From Podarcis vaucheri (Eukaryota), in NCBI GenBank assembly GCA_965113315.1, contig OZ220374.1: DNA of 64,000 nt. One strand, written 5' to 3'. Shown one piece after another: positions 24,942 to 36,291 of the stretch (positions are counted from its first letter, which is position 1; each line of letters starts with the position of its first letter). The notes beneath the pieces were generated by a model. It was not told where the DNA came from. It was given only the letters and a program-made list of their open reading frames with translations, and ran no database searches. The position numbers were made by a program, and so were the translations under genes.

Positions 24942-25677
24942 GTAACTTTGTGATATTTCCTTGCCGCCCTTTGCATAAGCAGTTTTTGTCTTCCTGTTTA
25001 GCCAACTGAATTAGACCATATGTTGCTTTTAGCCCAGGGTTGGGAAACATGCAGCCCCCTCCAGATGATGATAGATTACAAGTCCCTTTATCCCCAGCCT
25101 GCATGATCAGTGGTTGGGGACAGGAACTTATACACCAACAACACCTGGAGGGCCAAGCCCAGTCCTAGCTCAATCCACCCCAATAGCAGCCTGCAAGATG
25201 CCCTTGGGCAGGGTCAACACCAGATTTCAGGGGGTCTTTGGCATGGTATAACAAATGCCCTCACCCCACTGTCAATGTCCCTGCCAGTGCCCCTGCTGAC
25301 ACTGGAACTCACCCACTGGAGAGCCCCTTGTGTTCCCCATCTTCCTCTTTGCAGCAGTAGCAGCATTGCTACTGGCCCCTTCCCCATATTTCCCCCCACT
25401 GCAAGAGGCACTGGCAGCTTCTCTGCCAGCTCTTGACTCTGCGAAAAGGCCAAAGAAAGGTTCTTCTTCTGTGCTGCAACCTCAAAGTTTCTAAGTGTTT
25501 GACAATAACAAATTAAAAGCCCAGTCGGTTTTGGGGGGAGACTGGAGGATGCTTGCAGGTCAGTTACATTAGATTTGTGATTAAAGGGTACGTGGAAAGA
25601 TACTGTTCATTCATAGTTGATTGTTCTGTGATCCATTGAAGGGGTTCATAATTTCATTTTAAAAATCCTTCCAACAG

Positions 25678-25857
25678 ATGAGATTTTGGTATCAGTTGTC
25701 CCACGATTCCCAGCTGAGTGTCTTTCTTCGAACTCCTGTTGATGGGGATTTGCAAAGCTTACATAACTCAAAGCCTTTCAAGAGGACAATGCAGTGGACA
25801 AAAGCAAATGTCCTTTTAAGAAATATCACTGGTGATGAAATTGTAGGACCTTTTCAG
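25678..25857 (+). CDS. MALRD1: MALRD1 exon: MRFWYQLSHDSQLSVFLRTPVDGDLQ...GPFQ
   Basis: caacAG acceptor, CAG|GTAAGC donor, 180 nt, phase 0-0. Confidence 0.94.
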
Positions 25858-28800
25858 GTAAGCCCCTTACCTGCACCACGGTACAAGTGTACGCAAGTGG
25901 TTATTTGCTGCTGGTATTCCTCATTGCAAAATAACTTTAAAACTTTAACAATAACAATGTAGTTGGCTGGATCCAGATTAAGCCGGTTGTCCTAGTTCCT
26001 ATGGAGATAATTTGAAATTAAAACTAATTTGTTCCATTGATTCAAGTGGGACTTAAATTCAACTAACTTGGTATGGATCCAACCCAATAAATTACTTCAG
26101 CTGAAAGGAAAAATAAAGGAGAATGCTCCTAGATAGTATGGTATAGTATGTATCTAAGATTGGTTTAGAAACAATTTCAGAAAATTCAGAATTTCACATT
26201 TCTAGAGATCATGTTTATTCTAGTAGATAGTTGTAAGTAGCATTTAGAGAAGGGCTTGCCAGTTTCTCAGGAGCCATTATGATTTCTATACACACATCCA
26301 GAAGCTAAATCCCTTCACAGCTAATCAGACTCTGTAGGAAAGTAGGAGGAAGAGCTTTCCAATGATGTTGATATTCAGTTATATAAAATTTAAAAAGATG
26401 ATGTAGAATATATTTTCTTACAAGGTTTGAAAAATATTTTATTTTTGGTATGAGTGAGACTTTCCACATACTTTGACTGAAATTTGGTAGGGGTGCCAGG
26501 CTAGATAAAATTGTTTTAGGAGTCAGATCAGGTTCATAGCTGGAGTAGGATCCTTCTGATGTTGCTGAACTACACCCCCAATCATCCTTAGCCATACTTG
26601 TTGTCAGTAATGGGACCTGGAGTCCAACAGGAGGACCATGGGTTCTCCATCATAGTCTATGTGAAACTGATCCTTTCAGGCTCATTAATCATGCACAGCC
26701 TTTTTAGTAACTTCATTTATGGTGTTCCACTTACAGTATTGTCACCATTTTTTTGGTCCCTGCAATATACCCGTACCTGGCAAATATGATGTTATGTCTA
26801 AACTAACAACATAAGTAGGAATAGGCAAGCTCCCAACATCTCAGCTCAGGCTGGGCTGAATTGGACTTTAAAAAATAATAATCTTGAGAATGCCTGGTGA
26901 ATTCTGGATGCTTTCTTTCCTTGTTGGCCTCCTCTGCAGCGTATCTTCCCTACCTTCAGTTTTCCTCTGTCATCTTGCACCTTCCTCCCTTTCCCTAACA
27001 GTGTGCAAAGGTGGGCATAAATGGCAGCTCTGTTGCTTAGGTTACCAGAGCCTTACCAATAGGAAGTTGTTGAAGCCAAGATTTATTGAATTGTACTTGG
27101 CTATGACTTCTGACTCAAAGGCTTTCCCCACTCAGCCACTCCTTAGCTGCATTCCTTTGTGTAGGTTAGTTTTTTCCTAGTCTGAGGAGCAGAGAGTTGA
27201 GCAGCATAGGAGAGCAGGCGACAATGCAGGCCTTCCCACTCCTATCTTATACCCTGTTGACAGTGCCCTAAGTTGCCATACATGTGTGTTAATAACTTGG
27301 CAGCTTCCCCACCAGTGACAATTATGGTATTGTCACTGATGGGCAATGTTTCTCTAGCCAAGTTCTTAAAATGACATATGAATTCCTCAGAACACGTCAC
27401 TGTCGTTCCTCCCTTCCACCCCAACTCTCTGTGATTCTAATGTGGAGTCTGCTGTTGAGCTAATGTACCATAAAAAGCACCCTTACTGCACAAGCCCACT
27501 TCGCTTCATCTTGGACACCATAAATATTTATAGCGCAAGAGAGGCTTCTGTTTTAAGCATTGTGCTTCAGTCATATTTCACTTCTATGAGGCCCTTAAGC
27601 AAACAGCTATTTCTCAACAGGGCAACGCATAGCCCTCCAGTGACCCCCGCAATAAAATGTGGCTCTATTTGTTAGCTGTCAGCCATTATGTGTTTACACA
27701 AAATATCACAATAGATATTATTTCTCATTGTGAAAATGCCTTGTTGGCTTCGGTGGGGATGGCAAAAATGAATTAATGGGAGAATCAAACTGAATTGCAA
27801 ACAATGACTTCTGCTCATCTAGAAAGCCGTGTAACTCAGGCAGCCTATTCTAATCTCCCGCTAACATGGTTGCTGAGGCCCTGTTGTATGAATTGGGTAT
27901 TGGATGTTATGACTTTTTATGGTCCCTTCCTTAGCCCTTGAGATGTTTGGATGGTGGATGTTTGTGCGTTGTGAAATTGACCCCCTTTCCACTTGGATTA
28001 TGCACTTCTTTACCCTATTTTTCAGTTGCCTTTCTTTTCCTCTTGAGTTTTTACAGTTCAGAGGTGTGGAAGTAGAGAGTAATGCAAACCTTAGACGTGT
28101 TTCTCTCTGTGTGACCTGCATTCCCTTGTTGAGGATGATATATGACTAGCACAGTTATGATGGGCTTCTAAACTAGTCTGATCCATATTCCCCAATCTCC
28201 TAAGCCATGATATTTGTGTATATTGTATGTGCATGATATTCTTTCAAGCAGTGCTCTTGATCTTGGAATACTGAATAGAATTCTGACTGGCTTAATGCCA
28301 GTGTTTTCAAACTGGGCACAGGGTCACTCCTACATTTATCTCAGGATGAGTACTTCAGTTGTTGGTCCAAACTTATTGCCCCAAAAGATGCTTCAATTGG
28401 TTTGTCCTCAGACCTTCTCTTACATAATGGGGTATTACACTGCTCTTAATTCAGTAAAACAAAGATTGTGGGATATTGCCTTCTGTGATTTGCATACTCA
28501 TCCTGCTCACCGAATGCCATGAGTATACAGTATGTCGGGTTGTTTTTCACAGCTGAATATTTAAAGAATTTAACAGTTGTCAATTATCGTAGACTTTTTA
28601 CTATGTCCAGATTTAATGTGTTCCCCTCGGAAATGCTCCGAGGTAAATTTACCGCTGTTCCTTACTTTGCAAGATTTTCTCCCTGTAGTAATCAGGAAGT
28701 AGAATGCACGAAGCACATTCTCCTGTCCTGAAGACTATAAGCAAGACCCGACAACATATGAGTAACCCACTATTGGCAAATCTACAGGGAAATTCTATGC

Positions 28801-29294
28801 CATTTCTATTCCAAATTCCTACTGGATGATAGGATTCCTAGTGTGACTTTGGCTGTTGCCAAGCTTCTGTCTGAGGTGGCCAAGATCAGAGATCAATTTG
28901 TATTAGATAAAAGTCTGAAAAGTCTTATGATCTGCCCAAGCAGTTTGTGTGCTTTTAATGTATTTTATATGCTATGAATGTATATTGTATGCATTGAACT
29001 CTGTTGGGTGTTTGGACTGCAATAAAGAATTGATTGATTGATGAATGAGGCTTATGTTTTGACTTTGGAGTGAGATAATATTTTTTAGATTACATACCGT
29101 AGTTCAATACTAAATGTAATTATTAACGAGACTTGAGGAATTGACATATCTATGGTATTGTTTGCTAAAATAGTTGCATATTTTGAAAAAATCCCAGGCT
29201 GTTTGCAAATGGAATTTAACTTCAAGTGTATTTAATTTTTAAACACAGAGCATACGTGTATAAGTAGTATTTAATAAGGTTATTTTAATTGCAG

Positions 29295-29409
29295 ATAATT
29301 CTGCAAGCCACTGTTCAGTCAACAAAAGCCTTTGTTGCTGTTGATGACATCAGTATAACAAAGGCCTGTAGGACTAATTATAAATCATTTTCAAGTACTG
29401 AACAAAAAG
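29295..29409 (+). CDS. MALRD1: MALRD1 exon: IILQATVQSTKAFVAVDDISITKACRTNYKSFSSTEQK(G)
   Basis: ttgcAG acceptor, G|GTAAGT donor, 115 nt, phase 0-1; VAVDDI....C MAM C-terminal motif. Confidence 0.95.
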
Positions 29410-29944
29410 GTAAGTACAGAGCAGCATTTTCAAATTGGTTTGCTGACCTATTTAATTGTTCTCCCTTTGTTTATGCTTCCACAAAAATATATTCCTTAGG
29501 CATGGTATAGTTACAGCGTCATTCTATACATTTCTACGCAGAAGTAAGTTCCATGGAGTGAAGTTCAATGGCACTTACTCCCAGTTGAGTTGATAAAGGG
29601 CTGCCGTCTTAGCTGGAATCAGCAGGCTTATTACAAGTTTATGAGGTTTTGTGATTTGGTTTTTGTTTGGTTCCCTATGATTGATTCTTGTGTGCGTTCT
29701 GGGGTGGAATCTAGACACATAAAAAACGCTATGAAAATGTTTTGTTTTTTTAAGTTTTAAAATATATATTGAATTTGTTCACAATCACCATCTAGTGTCA
29801 CATTTGTATAATGTGCTTAAAACACAGCTATGTAGCTGATTCCCAAGTATAGGTTTTTGTATCAGTACCTATGTTTTGAGGATGTCTTAGACTCATGCAT
29901 GTCAGAGTTTACATCTATTCAATGGCCAATGACAGATACTCAAG

Positions 29945-30381
29945 TGTAGTGGTTGGGAGTTACTCGTGCGTAATCCTGCTCCGTTTGAGCATCGGATTGC
30001 CTGGTTAAACCCTCCGGACTACGCAGCCCATATTAGCGTGGCTGCCCTTAGTCACTTGTAGAATCTGTCTGTGGGTGTTTCTTAAAGCGTTGCCAACATA
30101 AGAGTTGTTTGACGCCCAATTGTTTCCGCCTCTCACTGCGCGGGAGTCTCCTGCGCAGGGTGGGCGTGGGCAGCGGGGTGCTTGGGCTCTCCTCGCTAAC
30201 TTCCAACGAAGAGTCCTAGAGCCCCCGCACCTCCCTGTCCCGTTGCTCTCCTGGATCCCTGGTGTTACACTCATTCTTTTCCCCTTCCTCTCGGCTGAGT
30301 CTCCCTCTAGCGCTTGGACCTTCCCCTGCAGAATCAGAGACCCTCTCCTTTTCCCGTGCCTCTGATGGCAGTTCCCTGACA
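29945..30381 (-). mobile_element. Solo LTR (Gypsy-like), about 437 bp, CpG-rich
   Basis: TG...CA termini; right end gatggcagttccctgaca is almost identical to the end of 3823-4283; flanks tcaag/tccag (5 bp, 1 mismatch). Confidence 0.72.
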
Positions 30382-31149
30382 TCCAGTATACCCTAAGAAG
30401 GGTGGGGCAAGCTTTGCTTGCCTTCATGCTGCCTTACATGCATGCCCAGTTGGTGCATATGCACATACAGTTCTGTACATAAAGACTCAAATCACATATT
30501 TAATCTCTAGACTGTATATTGGACATCTTGGACATCACACTTTGAGCCTGTGTGCATGGGTTTGTACATGAGTATTCCCCAATTAGACATAAGGGCCCTG
30601 TGTGAATAGCTAGCAGTATTCAAAACAGTGAAGGAATATCGAGTAGGGAGTCTCTCAGTTCTCACCTCACGCAGCAGAATAATTTACAGAAGTCTTATCA
30701 GATGTAGTCCAATGCAGGACTCACATTATTATGTGATTCAGTATGTGCAGAATTTGGCATGTGGTACAGAATCTTCTGACTGTCATGGAACCTGCAGAAT
30801 CTAAACTATGGATTTGTAAAGCCATTGACCATCGATGGCCCACAAGATCAGGACAATTTTGCAAGCCTTTCTCCTGATCATACAGCAACAAACATTGAAT
30901 TAAAACCCCACTACTTCTGCAGACTGAAGAATATATTGAATACATTAGTTGAAGGGAAAGAAGAAGTGTTGCTAAGGCAGGAAAGGATTGGGGGTTATAG
31001 CCAACAAAAGTTTACTCACTGGGTGAAATTCAACTATGTTTTATTCAGTGTAAACCTACAGGAATTAATGTGATTAAGAAAGTCATGCCCACTTATTTCA
31101 GTGGATCTACTCTGAGTAGGATTAACATCTAGTCTAGTACTGTTTTCTC

Positions 31150-31285
31150 TGACTGAGAGCTGATCTCCAGGGTCTCAAGCAGAGAACTTTTCTATCTCCT
31201 GCTACCTGACCCATTTATCTGGAAATACTAGGAATTCAGTCTTGGAACTTTTTGCATACAAAGCATGTGCTCTACCCCTGAGCCA
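31150..31285 (-). mobile_element. Squam-type SINE fragment
   Basis: ctccagggtctcaagcagag...tgcatacaaagcatgtgctctacccctgagc is the reverse complement of a tRNA-like head. Confidence 0.65.
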
Positions 31286-31382
31286 AAAATATGGCAAATG
31301 TGTTCTGTAGATAATACTTAAAGTTTTATCTGCTGGTTTTTTTCCTGGCAAGAATAAGCAACTGTGTTGCTGTTTTTTTAAG

Positions 31383-31529
31383 GGGCAACCATGTTGGAAA
31401 CCTCTGATTCTTCATCTCTTTATTGTCCACCTGGATTGTTGGCATGTAAGAATGGAGACTGTATTACTTCTGACAAGTTTTGTGATTTCACTCCTGATTG
31501 CCCAGATGGCAGTGACGAAGCCCTGTGCT
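31383..31529 (+). CDS. MALRD1: MALRD1 LDLa exon: ATMLETSDSSSLYCPPGLLACKNGDCITSDKFCDFTPDCPDGSDEALC
   Basis: ttttttaAG acceptor, T|GTAAGT donor, 147 nt, symmetric phase 1-1; complete six-Cys LDLa with DC.DGSDE. Not in the ORF track. Confidence 0.92.
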
Positions 31530-31983
31530 GTAAGTGAAAACACATTGATCTGTAATTCATGCTTAAAGATCTTTAAATGTGCATGTCAATAGCCTTATGG
31601 CTATTTCATTAGCAGGATCAGTTAATTAAGACAAACCACACAGAAGGTGAAGCACTTTCACCCAGCGTCTTTATTGATGTCTTTGTGTACAGTTGTGGCT
31701 ACTTCTCAGGTTAAAACTAAAATTGAAAATGACTCGTCAGAATAACAGAACCTCAGAAAGTGATATCTAGAGCTTCACTTTTCAAAGGAGGAATTCAGCT
31801 TTGCTTCCAGCTTTGCTTTCTTAAAACAGTCTTGTCTCTCTCTTAATACAGACACTCACAGCAGGGCTCTATAGTGTTCTAACTGATTTGATAAGGATGA
31901 TTCACACATGTCTGGCAAGTGGAAACAGGAGCAAAGCTGGAGCTTGTGAACACACCTGTTCAAAGCTAAATAATACTCTAGAT

Positions 31984-32119
31984 CAGGCTTCCTTAACCTC
32001 GGCCCTCCAGATGTTTTTGGCCTACAACTCCCATGATCCCTAGCTAGCAGGACCAATGGTCAGGGATGATGGGAATTGTAGTCTCAAAACATCTGGAGGG
32101 CTGAGGTTGAGGAAGCCTA
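31984..32119. mobile_element. Palindromic hAT-type MITE, 136 bp
   Basis: Perfect 8-bp TSD ctctagat (31976-31983 / 32120-32127) and long imperfect inverted arms. Confidence 0.9.
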
Positions 32120-32473
32120 CTCTAGATCATACATGGACTTTCTTTGATCCCTTGGCCTACCAATTTGTTTTTAAGTGTACAAGTTGTGCAAACTCTGTTT
32201 TGTTCATAGAAGCAGGTGCTCTTGGGTCTCCCTTCCCTGTGCAGTCCCTTGCACCTCCAAATAACTGCCTTGGAAGGTTGATGAACCCTCCAGAACAGCA
32301 TAGGAAGTACTGTACTGTGGTGGTTGCAGGGCTATGGGGCATCAGAACAGCACTTTCTAATTAGGCACATTCCAGTTCACCTCCCCTTCCAACTGATCTT
32401 GTCCTTCTGCATATACTGGTTGCTAACCTGTCAGATAAATTGATGCAGACTAAAATAAATAAATATATTCCAG

Positions 32474-32626
32474 CTGCTAAATGTGACTTTGAAACAGACA
32501 GCTGTGGCTGGATGGAAACAGCCAGGGGTGATGCATTTGATTGGGTAAGGAGCTCCAGAAGCGGTCTACCCCTTGCTTTCCAGAAGCAAGCTCCAGCACG
32601 GGACCACACCTATAACCAACCTGCAG
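32474..32626 (+). CDS. MALRD1: MALRD1 exon: AKCDFETDSCGWMETARGDAFDWVRSSRSGLPLAFQKQAPARDHTYNQPA(G)
   Basis: ttccAG acceptor, G|GTAAGG donor, 153 nt, phase 1-1. Confidence 0.95.
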
Positions 32627-33059
32627 GTAAGGTCTTACCCATGGCCAGCTTCAGGTGTGAGTGGAACATCAGCACAATATTCTTTGGTGGTTCCTAGCCT
32701 ATATAAGGGGGTTTCTCTGGGATGTTTTACTGGTGGTTATGGTGGGCAGCAGCATAATGCACTCTAATGATCAGGGGATGACAAAGTCTTGGAGCCACCA
32801 CCATTTTAATTTCCCACAGTATTGGGGGCATTGTAGGAATGAAAATGGTGGTGACTCCTAGACCCAGTCACCTGGCACTTATTGGAAAACCAGGGGAAAA
32901 AGCATTGTTTTCAAAGTAAATACAGGACATGTGGCTAAGGTTGCTACATAGTCATGCCAGGCATGATCTCAATCAATCTAAGTAGGAAAACCATCCATAG
33001 GTGCAATTTTATGTCAGAACACTTTTCAAGGGATGCAGTACAGATTTGTGTGGCTTTTT

Positions 33060-33168
33060 TTTTTCTTTATTATGTTTTTAGATATGTGGTAAGCCACCCA
33101 GAGTTGCTGTGAAAACCCAGTCAGATGGGCGGGGTATAAATAATAAAATTATTATTATTAATTATTAT
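33060..33168 (+). mobile_element. L2 3' terminus
   Basis: gtaagccacccagag...cccagtcagatgggcggggtataaataata, the inverse of the copy at 53207. Confidence 0.75.
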
Positions 33169-33178
33169 ATGTACTTAG

Positions 33179-33325
<147 letters not shown>

Positions 33326-33684
33326 TGAAGTTTGATTTTTGTGTTTAGAGGAAGACACGGCTGCCTTTGAAATGAAAAAGAGGGCAGTGTTTGTCATTGT
33401 ATGCGCTTTGTTCTGCAATATGTGGAATGCGTTTTTAGTATTTGTTTTGAAAGTAGATTTGGATAAATTCACTACCCAAGAAAAATGTTAAACCCTTTGA
33501 TTACATTTACAGCTTCTACGTCTGACTACTTGGTATATTCTGATTATGGCCCATTTCTACTAGTGTAACTCCTGGTTTATTACAATGATTACCATATTAC
33601 ATTGATATAGCACCAGGTCTTGCACCACTGCTCTGACAAAATCATTGATTTCAAAGTATTTCATGTGGTAGTGTACTAAATTCT

Positions 33685-33960
33685 AGGCTGGATCTACACT
33701 GACCTGTTTGATGTTATTAGAACAATATTAGATATATTGTTCGAAAATGTTACAGGACATACTTCTAAAGTAAACCTTTTCTTACCTCTATCAAAACACT
33801 GTCTCCCTACTACTAGTTGCTGGCTGCTCTGCAGCGCCCTCTGGTGTCACATTTTAATAAGGCATTATAAATGTTAAAAGTAGAACGTCATGTGGCCATA
33901 TGGTTATCAGAACCATTCCTTAACCCTTAATGTTAAAAATCATGAGTGTAGGTCCGGCCC
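33685..33960. mobile_element. MITE (Harbinger-like termini) containing a CTCF-like motif
   Basis: Inverted ends aggctggatctacact / agtgtaggtccggccc; central gcagcgccctctggtgt. No clear TSD. Confidence 0.6.
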
Positions 33961-34713
33961 CAGACTCAATTGAATTAAAATCATTTAATTAATATTTTGT
34001 GCTATTTAAACATCTCTATTATTTTGTGAATTCTAATTTTATTTTGGACTTCAGTCAGAAATCATTTCCTAGTTCTTTCTGACTGGATTGTTTAACGTTC
34101 TTGGGGCTGATTTTTCTGTTTTGTTCTTTCTGGCTTCAGCCTTCCAGCAGTCCTTCTTAAAGGAAATAGAAAGAGGATCATACCAGGCTTATTAACAATG
34201 AAACTTGAATTCCTTGACTGTAGTTTTCGAGTTTCTGTATCCTTGAAAATACCTTAGCCATTTCTGTCTCTGTGAGCCCATGACATTTTAAATTCCCTTC
34301 AAAAATCCAAAGTTCTCTCAAATTCAAAGTGTTTAAATGATTAAAAATCTGAAGCTTGATTAAGAGTAGATAAGCCAGTGTTCCTGATCTTACGCACTTT
34401 AAATAGCACCAATTGGTTAGACTCATTTCAGCTATAATTCTGCTTACTATTAATGAATTATACAGATACTGCATTTTTTTTTGTATGTAAATCTCTTTAT
34501 ATGCAGTATTAGTATTGGAAGGGTCAAAAAAAGGCCAACAGTACTTGTCAGGAAAGACAGTCTATCCTTCTCACATAATTAAACTGCGTCAATTCAAGTA
34601 ACAACCTGGTGTCTTAAGCAAAGCATAGGTACACTACAAAAAAAAGGTGTTTGAGAGCAAATTTGGTTTCTCTGTGTGCATTTGTTCAGTGTATTGTTGG
34701 TGTTGATCCCTAA

Positions 34714-35220
<507 letters not shown>

Positions 35221-35766
35221 TGAGTACTTAGAAGAGGGAAGGATTGCACCCGTAAAGAAACCAAGGCCTGTGGAAACTGAATTTTAGAAAATGCAGTCCT
35301 TTGCTCACTTGGGCTTAACATTTGCTGATTTCCTACAAACCTTTAAATGGTGCCTCATTCTTAGCACAGTGCTAAGAATAAGTTGGAAATCAGGTGAATT
35401 TTCTGCATGAGAAGCCTAACAATTTAACACATCCCATTAGTTTACACTAACCAATGTAAGTTAGTTATCGTTCGTCATTGAAAGTGTCCGAAAATAGATA
35501 CATATGGCAGTATTGCTTGAGCGAAAGTGGCCTCACCAAATTTGCTGCCTGCATTCACAGGTGGCTAGTTCTGGGAGATGGGATCTGTACAAGGTATAGA
35601 GGGGGGGGGCTTACTGTTAGCAAGAGTGGCAGCAGCCCGTTTAAAAACAACAAAGTCCTGTTTTTGAAGCTCTGCTGTCAGTGGGTGCGAGTAGAGCTCC
35701 TCTCAGCAGCTGACAACTGGCAGCCACCAGTTTCTTCTGTGCAGAATGCCCCACATATAGTATTGA

Positions 35767-36291
<525 letters not shown>

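Noticed and set aside
30005-30427. GC-rich ORFs / possible CpG-island promoter
   Set aside because: Coincides with a TG..CA, TSD-flanked solo LTR.
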